NCBI GenBank assembly: GCA_002633005.1
Contig: NMRA01000491.1
Span: 142,809 to 206,808 of the forward strand
DNA: 64,000 nt
Source of the DNA: Phoronis australis
Taxonomy: Eukaryota > Animalia > Phoronida
Reading direction: 5' to 3'
In this document: in pieces, positions 49,885-62,339 of the stretch
Position numbering within the stretch: the first letter of the stretch is position 1
Layout: the number at the start of each line of letters is the position of its first letter
Made by a program: the position numbers and the translations under genes
Notes under the pieces: model-generated
Told to the model about the DNA's origin: nothing
Database searches by the model: none
The model's input: only the letters and a program-made list of their open reading frames with translations

Positions 49885-50015
49885 GCAAGTGGATAAAAAT
49901 GAATAAACAACATTATCTATCAAAGACATTCACCATTAGAATAAAGAGCAAGTGGATAAAAATGAATAAACAACATTACCTCAACAAAGACATTCACCAT
50001 TAGAATAAAGAGCAA
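49885..50015. repeat. ~63-bp tandem duplication
   Basis: GCAAGTGGATAAAA...CATTAGAATAAAGA occurs twice. Confidence 0.85.
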
Positions 50016-50886
50016 GACACGTTTCACAAACTTTCCACATTAATTTTTTTACAAGAAGTCTTTCACATGCACAACTCACAGAGAACGTTAAATTATATTG
50101 GTAAATATAGGTATAGAGGTCTTCTTAAATGAGACCGACTACAATTTGTCTGCAACCTGTGGGTCACCAAATGTCCTCTACAATACATTGGCGGGTAGTT
50201 ACACCTAGTATTGAAGGTGGTAACCACTCTGGCTCGAAATGTCACCAAGTTTATTATGAACAGCTGCCTTGGGTTTTTTTAAATTGGACACACACTGGGT
50301 TGAACCTTTTAAAAAAGTGCTTAAATAACAATCACAGGAGATTAATAACAACTCACAGCTGCCTTCCTGAAGAAGATAAGGAGACTATTTAACCCTGTCT
50401 CAAAATGAAAGTAAATTTAAGATTATATAGTAACCTAGAAAATTGACCAAATTTGGCAAATTTCGGAACATCGAAACTCAGACATGGCTGTCGGATTCAT
50501 ATCAAATTTTCAGAGTATGCTTCAGTCTGTTAGGAATTGTTTTTAAAAGATCCAATTTTACACGAGGGGCTATCAAAAATAGCACTGTTATGAAAACAAA
50601 ATGATATTTTAGAAAACTGTAATAGCGTTTCTGAAATTTCAGCTCGAACCTTTACATCAAACCAAATCTGGTCAAATTATGAATACTGTTATTTTACTAT
50701 CAATGTGCCGAAAAGAATACCAAAATTTTAGTCTGTTACTAGCATAGTTTGTGCTGCGTAGATGTCACAAAACAACATTTGGAATAGTGTCCACCATTTG
50801 TAACAAAGTATGCTTTTGAAATATGGTAAAATGTTGATTATTTTTAATCGAAATGAAATGAAAATTAGTGTATGAACAAAAACCTC

Positions 50887-51053
50887 AGATGTTCTATCAT
50901 AATAATGTTCATAGAGATGTTCTATCATAATAATGTTCATAGAGATGTTCTATCATAATAATGTTCATAGAGATGTTCTATCATAATAATGTTCATAGAG
51001 ATGTTCTATCATAATAATGTTCATAGAGATGTTCTATCATAATAATGTTCATA
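50887..51053. repeat. 28-bp tandem repeat, 6 copies
   Basis: AGATGTTCTATCATAATAATGTTCATAG repeated. Confidence 0.95.
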
Positions 51054-51199
51054 TACAACAGTAATTATTAACGTGACAGAAACTACAGGACATTCCAACA
51101 CATGTCAGAAAATCCTTTTACCCATTAACAAGGATACCGCTCGCCAAAAGATTGTATCAAAACTCGATAAACGAATGCAACACACTTGTCCGTTCTCAC

Positions 51200-51434
51200 C
51201 TTCAACACTTGAGGTGGCACCTCTGCAGTCATAGAGGACGCAACAGAAGGCATTTGTATCTTGTTTGAACGGGACACAACGGGAGAGCCGGAGACAGGAA
51301 CACTGGACGACGTGAAAGTAGTGCCTTGATGTGCAGCCTTTTTCTCGATATCCGACAACTGAAGCTTCATCAACTGCTGTTTTAAATTCGTCCGTGTTGG
51401 CGTCGGCGTGTTTTTCAACTCGGGTGTCGAATTA
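51200..51434 (-). CDS. MITF: MiT/TFE factor, N-terminal common exon (1B1b-like, 235 nt)
   Basis: ctcttgcag|T AAT...AAG|gtgaga. Contains RTNLKQQLMKLQL (cf. SRILLRQQLMREQ, the Rag-binding region) and ends EVPPQVLK (cf. VPMEVLK). Needs a phase-2 upstream exon. Confidence 0.93.
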
Positions 51435-53022
51435 CTGCAAGAGAGAACATACAATGCTGCAACGAAAAAAATCACACCATGGGCTGGGAGAACCAGTGAC
51501 AATTCTTAACTTACTTTGCACTCAATATGGCTGACAAGCGAGATTCTATTCCGTCATATTTCTTCACAAAAATGAAGATAATGAAAAATTTAGTCTATTA
51601 CTAGCATGGTTTGTACGTGTAGATAAGATTTGTTTTGGTGAATTTTCCAGTATTTGCATTAAAGTAGTCAGCTTTTGAAAAATGGACAAATAAAATTTTG
51701 GCGATTATTTTTGTGTGAAATAAGTGAAGAATTATTGGAACTCCACACTACATTACAAAATTGACCAATCCCATAGCAGGATATTTAGTTGAAAGTACCC
51801 CACACGTATGGTAACTTGTCAAGACTGGAGTGAAGTGTGATCATCTCCTCTCTAGTCAGACATATCTCAAGAGAACTCACTTGCAAAATATTTAAATGAC
51901 AACCTGTTGATCCGTTTAACTGAGTTCGAGCAGTGTTCGTATGACTAGGGAAATCCTACCAACAGCATATCAACTCGCTAGACAATTATGGAAACACTGC
52001 CCTCTGAGCAAAGAAGCTAGCAAGAAAATTTGTACTTTGAAGACACTCTCACATATCATTCGGATGTGACAGGTCAGGGACCTGCCTAAGAGATAACCTG
52101 CTACCAATGAACTTTTGCCATCAAAGGACAACCAAACAAGATGACAATAACTTCTGGTAGAGATAAGAATGAGAGTTAAAGTATTGTATCATGCAGGGTT
52201 CAGACTCACTGACCAGTGGTCACACTCACTGACCAGAACAACAGTCCAGCTTGACTACAGTACTCGCCATAAATAAACTATCTCTAAAGGTCTCTCTGCA
52301 GTCCTGCAGATTCAACACACAGCTACTGTTAGAAAGAGATGCAATCTAGATAATGACACGCCAAACAACGCTCAAATTAAAACAAATCAAACTAAATCCC
52401 AGCATTAAAACAAATCAAACTAAATCCTAGCATTAAAATCTTGATCTGCCACTGACATCCGGTTATTTAAGCATAGATAAGATTTTACATCACTGCACTT
52501 TTGTATCATGAATGGCAAATTTTGACTCAAGATTTATATTACATCAAAGTAAACCCTGTTAGAGACAGGGATAACTTTCATTACATTCACCTAAACTTGA
52601 AATGTAACTTTTCAATCACCCAGGAATGTTTATAACCGGGAAAATTAAACCTGCTCAGCTGGACTGTATCATGAAGGTTCACCCTTTCCACCGCGTGGAA
52701 CGGTACTGACTAGATCCTATCTCAATAAAACACAGCAAGAAGCTGTACCTGTCCCGAAAGTCCAAACCTTTCATCTAGAAGGGAGTGGGATGCTCCCGAG
52801 AGCTTAAGAGATTTTTCATAGTATGACACAGTCCAGCTGAACAGGTTTAATTATCTGATTATTCAGCTTAACAGCAAAATTGGAAACCATGATTTTGCAG
52901 TAATATATGTATTCAGATCATTACGTAAGTGGTCTCTGACAAGAAAGCGATTGAAAGCCGTATCAAACACAGACAGCAGGCCCTGCAGTTCCGTAATCAA
53001 AAAAGGGCCCAATTTTACTGAC

Positions 53023-53108
53023 CAGTTCCAGTATGCTTTCTGCCAACAGTAAGCGAAATCGGAAGGTACTTCCTCCCCACCCCAGTAGCATGAATATGAC
53101 TCCACCAT
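53023..53108 (-). CDS. Candidate (alternative) first coding exon of the MITF-like gene
   Basis: gtcATGG start, 28 codons MVESYSCYWGGEEVPSDFAYCWQKAYWN, then TG|gtcagt phase-2 donor in frame with exon 51434. Promoter-like motifs lie upstream. I recognise no homology for the peptide. Confidence 0.4.
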
Positions 53109-54373
53109 GACTGCTGCGTGGACTCTCAATCCTCACTACAACCATAACCGACCAGCAACAACCATCGACACCACTACCACTGGCGAAGAAGAAAATGCTT
53201 CGCAGAGAATAAGCCACGTGCAACTACGTCGTATCTCATGACTGCAAAAGTAACTACAATATAAGGGATACATCTCATTTGTTCATGGAACTTTGCAGAG
53301 CCAATCACTCGCTGACCTATCTGCCAAGTATCTGAAACTCGCAACAGTAACCTTGACAAAATTCCATCAAGCACCTTCCAAATTACTTAATAATGATTCT
53401 GATCTACATCGTGTGACCAACAGATGGCCTATTGCGGGTGAACAGGAAGGAGTGTCCTGTCTATACACCACAGGGGCAAGGGGCGGGACTCAACTTCACA
53501 AGGGGCGTGACTTAAGTGATCATTGCTCCAGTACCACCTGGCCTATGGCGTTATTTCTTCCACAACAGTTACCACCTATTTTCATGAAGAGCAAAAAACA
53601 CAAATCCATTTCATGTTTTCTCCATACATGTTTTTGATTCAAAATTAAATTTTTGGTAAAACACGAGTTTTAAAGAACGCATTACAAGCGACATTTTCTG
53701 CGACCATTTCAGTATAACCAGTGCACCTTGGACATGAACATTGGAAAAGCGAATGGAACTAAATCAGTATAGGTGTGAAGAGGAAGAGAAAACTGAAACT
53801 GCAATTGCAACTAGTCATAAAGTCATAAAGTCATCCCCTAGACAGTATGTGGCAAGAACTGAAACTGAAACTGTGGAGGTGCCAGGGCACTTTCCCCAGA
53901 TGGCAACAAGGAAAGTGAGAGAAATCCAAACCAGGAGAGGGGGTGGGTGACAAGTCAAGCACTAATTAGTTTGTCACGTCAGTGGTCAGCACTACCCGGA
54001 TGTATATCCATAAGTCGTGTCCACTCATGCTGATATCCTGAGCAACTTGGCAGGCCAGGCAGTCAAATCATGACACCACAGAATGATACCAACTATGACC
54101 CGGGCAGTCAAACCATGACACCACAGAAAGATACCAACTGTGACATCAGTCACTGGACCCAGAGACAATGATGGAGCTCAAACCTTGAAGAGGTGGACAA
54201 ACAGCTGTGTTTCAATGTGACCAGATAGCACTGTGATGATGCATGGCAGATGGTGTTATCCACCAAACAAAACAAGGGAGATTCTCTCTGTAAACACATC
54301 AGCTTTGTAGCAAAGTAAGAAAGGTTGCAAGAAAATTCAAAATATTTACCCACAATACACTCACCCCCACCGA

Positions 54374-54451
54374 GCACTTTGTCAGACTCGGTGCAGAAGC
54401 ACTTTGTCAGACTCGGTGCAGAAGCACTTTGTCAGACTCGGTGCAGAAGCA
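54374..54451. repeat. 25-bp tandem repeat, 3 copies
   Basis: GCACTTTGTCAGACTCGGTGCAGAA x3. Confidence 0.9.
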
Positions 54452-54883
54452 TGTTTTTACACACAGATAAAAAATTTGTAACTTAAAAAATCCTGCACAT
54501 CTTTACAGCCACACAGCAACTTCAAACATTAAAGCATTTATGAATACACAGCTCACCTTCTTATGTTAGGACCAAAAACAGAAAGCATTCTAATTAATTG
54601 TGTTGCCTCATCAGTTTTCTTACCTCTCAGTCTAGAATAAGTACCGTTATTCAGTAACAAAAGTAAGAGAGATATTCAAACCACAGCACATCATGAAATG
54701 TGTTACAGAAGAAACAGGTTGAACAACCTTAACCACCAGCATGCAAACTCCTTTGTGATGAAATCAGCTGTTGGTGTACTGACCTCTGATCAGCTGTTTT
54801 GTGCAAAAACAAGACATTCCCAGGTAATTTCCATGACTCACCACTGACACAGAATTCAGGTGAGTGATACAATCTATGGTATG

Positions 54884-55158
54884 CAGAGCTGACATAATAA
54901 CCTGCAGGATGTGTTTGCAACCTGAAATTTGGAGATTTTGGCCAACTCGTACACATGGGTATTCCAACTTTTGCAAGTCGAGAGTTACATCACACGAAAA
55001 TGCCCCAACAGGGTTGTTTAGTGTAATGGGAAAATACGGTGCAGCAACACAAACAAATTGTACCATTACAGCGACTTGGGATCTATGTGTGTGAAATGGA
55101 TTTCAGAATTAATTGCGAGCTGGGATTTTGGCTAGGTAGCAAATGGTGACTTGGTAAT
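54884..55158. mobile_element. Old, internally deleted copy of the CAGGGCTC hAT-like family
   Basis: CAGAGCTGACATAATAACCTGCAGG...CAACCTGAAATTTGGA resembles one end, and GCGAGCTGGGATTTTGGCTAGGT...TTGAGGCT resembles the other. Confidence 0.55.
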
Positions 55159-58100
55159 TTCCAATTTGCTTGAGGCTAGTAGGGCACTTTCAACTAGATG
55201 AACAGCACTCATCTCTGACGCACCGACGAAGAGTGACATCACAGAACAGTTTGTGTGTTAGACGACCCCTATGTCAAGAGGTGAGTGCACAAGGGTCACC
55301 TTTCTGGCCTTAATTCTTAACAAAGAAATGATTCACATAGTAATTCCACAGTGCCTGGCCTGGTAGAGTGCCAACACAACTGACGCACATGCACAAAACA
55401 ACACATGGGCAAAACAACATTTTGATTTGACAGGTAGTATGGCGATCACACAAAGGGTAGCCAAACATCACCTATCATCAGCAGGTTTGAACTTAAATTT
55501 CAACCTCACACGCATTTACACTTTTGTGTCTAAAACTTAATATGCAGGTTTTTCAAACAAAAACATATCTCCAAGAAAACATTTCTGAAAAAATATGGAC
55601 ATTTACAAAATTTACAGTAACGTTACAGCCTATCGACTAAAATTGAAAATGGGCAATTTTGGTGACTCCTTTTTGTCCAACAGCAACCTTCAGACCTCAT
55701 TCACTCAAATTTGACATGGAACAAACCTACACAAAACCTAAGTGAATATTGTCCTTAATTAAGGAATGCAAATTTCTGTGTTCCTGGGAACAGGGTTTAA
55801 TCTCTGTACGAAAAACTTGACTCTACATTTCCGGTATACTTACAAATTTGCAATCTTACAAATTTGCATTTAAAAAATGCGGTGGCAAGCGATTGAGACC
55901 GTATGTCCAGGACACACGATTCTACGACAGTTTGCTTACAGATGGTATGATGGCATTAATGGTGATACTTTGTGCAAGCAAAACTACGCATAATAAAACA
56001 GCAGGTCTACGCAAACACTTCTGCCTTCACGCCTTCTTATAAGGCTTTATCTGAACAGGATGTGACACAAAAAATTTGACCTGAACCAATTTGCTTCAAG
56101 ATATGTCTAAAATATCTTCTCCAATAAAATCTCACCGAATTTGTAGTTTGTTAATTTTTCAAAGGCATCTAACATTATTTCAGTAGCTCACAACTACACA
56201 AAACATTCTTACGCTAGCTAAGATTACACACAACCCATAAAACCATTTATTTGGTGCCAAAAATCTTTTATGATAACAAAATTTCACTAGTTCATTATCT
56301 TCCGTCTTAACTGGCAACATTTTACCATAAATGCAGCTGACCTAGACTTTATTTGTGATGACAATAACCCTTTACAAAGAAAGAGTTCACCAGTCCACAC
56401 ACATACCACAAGAAAAAGTACACTCTTGACACTGCCACAAAACAGTGTGTTGAAGAAAGAGGTATTTCTACACCTTGCACACAGAGTAGTCTTTGTGCTA
56501 TAGTAATGGGTTATCAATTTTAATAATGAAAGTGAAATCTACCTTGCAGACCTGTTAACAACCTGAATCCACAATGGCCTTTGTGATAACAACACAAGCT
56601 TTTTATCGGATTTAGATGACACTAAATAAAATCCCTGTAACCAGGACATGGAGCCGCAACTCATTTTTCACAAGCATCTTTTTCTAGTTCTCTTGCAATG
56701 GCTTGAAGGAACTGTAAGATGTGAATAAGACAACACTCTCAACAATGTTGTGAATACTGTAAGAAACTTTAGTTCACAGAAAATGACTGAGAACTGAGTA
56801 GAAGAGAGAAGTTTAGCATATGTAAAACGTATAAAAATAACAAAAAAAATCACTTTGGGACACAAGGCTGAAAAGTTGGACCTCCTTTTTATCAAAAGTC
56901 TCAACAAAAATAACACTAAAGAAAATTCATCTTTTTTCAATTTCAGTGATGGTTCGTATGGCACAAGGCAAGATTTATAGGTCAATCTAATATGCCTTCC
57001 AAAATCAAAAATTGAGCAGTTTTTACCATAAACCCCTTTTATGGTGATTTCGGCCAAAACTGATGATGTCACCTATTATTACGCAGGCAGTAACACCAAT
57101 GAGAGACACATGTATTATTTAACTTCCTTGTTGTTTCACTAACTGGATTCTGTGGTCCAGTGTGGGTGGTTTTCCCCACAACCAATTTCCTACTAATGCT
57201 AGTCCATCACTTGACATAATAAAGTGTGTATAAGTGAATGATTTTCAAACTTAGCCTGAGTACCCATAACTATACAAAGCATCGGTCGAAAACCCCTGCA
57301 CTGTAAAACAACTCAGTGAAATTTTGTAAATTATCTTCGTTGGGAAATTTGACAAAAATGAATCTCTTGCAAAAAAGCCATTTCGCGTCCTAACTGAATT
57401 GTTTTTTTTTGCTAAGGTAACATCTTCCGTACTCATCCTGCTTTAGGTACCTATAGAAAGAAAATCTTACCTGTGAGTCTGAGTGCTAGTAACAGAAACC
57501 TGCCACCTAACTCAGTGTGCAGGTGTTAATAAACACTCAGTGTGAAATCCCTCTGCTCTTGATGTAAAGGTGTGTTGGTTTAGATATCTTCAACATAGGA
57601 CTGACTTTTGCACTGAGTTGCCATACAACTCTGAGTTGCCATACAACTCAGTAAGTATGAAGCTACACACTTGTGTATTCTCTTCTTTAAAGTAAACAAT
57701 GAGAGATAATCCAGTGAAATTTTATTGGCAGGAATTGGAATTAAACACCTTGGACTGATATCATTTCCAGTACCTGGGTTATCACCCTGGGTATTACACA
57801 ACTTTTATTACATAACACTACAACAATGTGAAGCTCCAATAACAAGTGAATATAATCTACTTTAACATCATCATATCAGAAAACTAAGGCACCCCTGAAC
57901 AGATTCAGGAATTATGAAAAAAGAACCAAGTCACTTTGTTAAAAATTCAATGTGGGACACATTTAAGGCTATTTGTTCCTAACAGGAGGAGCCATTCATG
58001 ACTACTGAAGTGCATCCCCATGTCCCAGTTTACCAGACACAAATGCACATCCTAACAGATTTTAACCACTATACCCACTCAATGAGCTATACGCTACCAT

Positions 58101-59635
58101 TGGCCCATTGAAAGGCCATAGCCGAGCAATGCTAATCAATGATTAATCAGGACTTTGATCCGAAAAATCCAACTGGGCAAGAGAAAACACTTCTTATACT
58201 GTGGTCGATTGTTAGGTTGTGACACAAGTGAAACCTTTAGCTTAATATACCACTTCATTCTCATTATGCTTAATATACCACTTCATTCTCATTATAACAT
58301 ACGGTAAAGCCTCTTCAAATCAGACCACAATATGGAGGATCAGTAAAATTCTAATTACAAAAATTTTCAACAACAGCAAACAAGAAGACAACTTTACTTG
58401 ATTATTTAAAAATCTTATATCATGCAGCTGTCAACAAAAACACACAATGGAATTTTGAACATTTTGGCAATACAGTGAGTGTTTGAAAAATGAAAATGAC
58501 ACCTTTGGCCATAAGTTTTGTTGGAATTCTAGAAAAATTTACAGTACTTTTGAAGCACTCATTACTGCGTGCTATATGCCAAAATCTGTTAGGCACAAAA
58601 CATTCTTTGATACAATTAGTGCAACTTTGAAAAATTGGAAGGAAGTTTTTGGCAAAAATATTTTGAGAAAAAAAATCTTACTTGCAGGTTTGCAGGTACA
58701 GGGCATCAAACCAAGTGAAGCACCAACTAAGGTCAAATATAATCCAAGTCTATTTGTCACAGACAATGGGGGAGATACCGCTGATAATCCCTCTTAATTT
58801 AAAAGATAAATGAATTTTATTGCTGACCTTTAACTTTGATAACTCAACACATCAGCAAAGCTTTGGTTAGCTACAAACTAAACAATAGTTTTTTCGTTCC
58901 TCAATACCGAAGATAAAAGCGAACCCACGAAAAGTTAGTCTGGTGGCTAAGCCATTCTGCAATTGGAATTTTGCTCCCAAAACAGTCATTGCCGGGACAT
59001 TTTTTGCTGTTAACAGCATTATCAATCTTGATGGGCAAACGGTATTTTGTCTGATTACATTAGCTTTATACTTCATATCCATCAGCATGGTTAGGTAATT
59101 TTTATGGTTCTCTAACATTTAAAAATTGCACACTCTTTGCCAGCAAGTCTCCCCTGTCACTTACCATCAGTGCAGGACCATTACTAGACTCCTTATCAGC
59201 TGGAGACAGGTCCATGCATTATTTGTGTAACAAGAGAATTGGGTTTGGCATCTTACCAATAGCCGACCAACAGTTCATGCTCAGCTCAAGAATAAACCTG
59301 GAATCACTTTCACTTTCACAACCCAATATTCTTCAAAACCAGTTTTCTTGTCAATGCCCCAGTTTGAATAATTATATTGTCGCGAGGGGTTTGGCTTACT
59401 TGTGTTGAGGTTGAAATCTTATTTAACGAGTTTGAAGTATTGGGAGACCAGTCATTTCTTAAGCAAGTTGGGACATTTTTGATTTTTCGAACCAATTCAA
59501 TGTATTTATTCACAGATTTAACACACAAACTCCCCAAAGTATGGACACAGACTTTCGAACAAGTATATGAGATTAGTAATTCCAGTTGAGTTTGAATTTT
59601 CTGTTTGGGAGAACATCGTACCCATGTCACTAAAT

Positions 59636-59818
59636 GTCACATTAGTTTTATTCATTTCACTTCCTCGCCATCCCCACTATTATAGTTGAATTACTATGAA
59701 TTACAAAATACAGTTAATTAAACATTCACATTAGTTTTATTCATTTCACTTCCTCGCCATCCCCACTATTATAGTTAACTTACTATGAATTACAAAATAC
59801 AGTTAATTAAACATTCAC
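59636..59818. repeat. ~88-bp tandem duplication
   Basis: TCACATTAGTTTTATTCATTTCACTTCCTCGCC...AAACATTCAC occurs twice. Confidence 0.9.
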
Positions 59819-62339
59819 GCCTCTGTGGCAACAAGTTTAGATTTTGCTATACGACATATTTGGATCATCTTCCAGGCCAAAAGTTCGGAATCATGGGGAA
59901 ATAGGTTGCATGGTACAATGATACACCCCTTCAGTGTGGACATTTGTGAACTCTTTATTTCTTGGCAAGTTTAATTTTTCTGTTTTGGAAAGGTTGCAGT
60001 AGTGGACAGTAGTGTGTCTATACCCCAAATTGTAGTCCTTATTGAAGATAAGATAACAAGTACTTTGGTCACAGTGGTACAATACACAGACTATCCTCAG
60101 TTTCAAGGTCCTCAGATATCAGGCACAGGTTGTTGACTACTGAAGAACCAGGTCAAGGGGTGTGATAAAGATACTGGGCTACACCACTGCCACACAATAT
60201 TCAGGGCTAGAAGTCACTTGATATTCAAGGCACTAATAGTCCACTGATGGAAATCCCTGTAGAAAGTTACACAGATTGCCTTCACTCCAAAGATTCCCAC
60301 ATGAATGTCATGACCAAAAATACTCTGTGCACATGAAAAACAGCTGCAAAGTGACTGCAAAACGGTCCACCAGAAAAGAATACACATTAAGACATTTTTG
60401 CTGGAAAGACAAGGAGCCCATTTATGCTACAATCAACTGAAATAGACCAAATGCAATGTGCTTTGGGACAAATTTTGTCTTGGAAATGGCAAACACATTT
60501 CAATCTAAACAGGTTCCTGGAGTTGACATTTCTAGGCACCTTGGAAACAATACTCAAAGTGTATTCTAGCCTTTCATGGTCAATCTCAGATTTTTGAGAA
60601 CTAGTTGGCAGCCACTTCTTCAGGGGAACTGGTTCTTAAAATTTGGGACCCTAGTAAGTGACTATTACTCAAAAGCGTACAACGAAAATTGTTCACCTTA
60701 ACTAAAGGACTATTCAGCACGTGATTGTTAATGGCGTGATTGTTAATGGCGTACACTAAAACAAATGGAACTGGGTGTAGCACTGACTCCAACAGAATTG
60801 TGTCAAATCAAGCAAAAAATATTCCAAGCTATATATGGATCATTTGATTTGCAGAATGCGGCCAATGTCGTGGACTACATATGTCAGAAATAGAAGGCAA
60901 TTAATAAGTGACATGTATTACATGAAAGATGAGTGAAACTGGAGAATTGCACTTGTGAATTTGACACTCGGTAAAACAAGTGGTTGTTCATTTCCAAAAC
61001 ACAATAATGAAATAAAGAATAGTCAGAACACAATTCGTAAAAATGTAGACTCTAGAAAAAAATCAGCTAAACAACTGACAAAATGACAAAAAACTCCTGG
61101 TTTGAATGTCCTCAAAGAAAATATGAAAATTGGTTGTTTGTAATTGTAAACCTTAAGAAATGAAAAGTTTTAGAAAAGGAGACGTGGATTAGTAAAATAT
61201 AGGGTAGCAGTACTTGGCTAGCTATCAACTGTCATATCATGCTGAGGTTCAACTTGAAGGCTGATTCATCACTCATGACACAATGACAAGACAGGGGGGG
61301 GGGTTGATGTTGTTCACTGTTCAGGACAACAGGTGATGTAACCTGCCTGTAAGTATTTACAGACACAGGGTTACAACAGGTAGAAAATCTGGATGAATGG
61401 GTGCCTGATTGAAAGCAATTTGATAACCAGTTGCTCCCACTGAATAACAGGCATTATAGAGAGGTAGTAACTGGTTCTCAGATAACGTTGAAATTGGGGA
61501 CCCATCGACTCAACTTTACCGAAGATTTGGCTTTGGCTTAATTTTGAAAATCAAAAAGTTATCTTTAGCAGCTGCAGACTGCAGTGATCAAAAGCAAGCG
61601 ATGATGCGGGAGCTTTTCATCAAAAAATGGATCGATTTGAGCAGTCCATTAGTAATTTACCAAAGTTTGTTTTTTTGACAAGTCTTTATTGGTAGCCTCA
61701 TCATTAGTGAATGAGCCTATTGCAAATTATGTCAGCATGCTGTCATGAACTGAGAGCACAGGATATGACATCATACCCCACTGAGTGATTGCCTCATGGA
61801 CTGAGACAGTTGAATACTTTGGACACAGGTAAGGTGTATTCAGGCATACAACAGATTTGTTTGCTTTGGATCTGGAAGTCTTTGTGGTGATCACGTGAGC
61901 AGAACACTAAGAGTCCTGGTGATTCTCTTATAATTCCAGGTCCTTCAATCCCTTGATTTTGGGGCCAAATGTCGGTCACATTCCCGTCTGAAAACTAAGT
62001 AAAAATCACACAAAATTCCCCTCATGAGGCCAAAAAATTTCCCTCAAGTGATAAAGTAATTCCCCTCAAGATTTGAATCAATTGTAACACACACCCATTA
62101 TAATTTGAATGCGAACAAAAAGTTACTTTTTGCTACATGAGGCAGACCTTATGAAGGCTTGTGACAGGAGGGGGACGCTAACTGATAGTGATCGGGAGGT
62201 AGAATTTTGCCCTTACTCACAAAACTTCCCGCTCTAAAGCAAGGCACAGTCACTTCTCCCCTCTGGTCCCTGAATTCAAGTATTATTCATAACAACATTT
62301 ATACAACGAATTTCTGAAAAAGCTTTGGTCGACAAATTT

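Noticed and set aside
55800-61000. Numerous 60-134-aa ORFs upstream of MITF
   Set aside because: No domain similarity, AT-rich composition and no consistent splice structure; consistent with random ORFs in intronic or old-repeat DNA.
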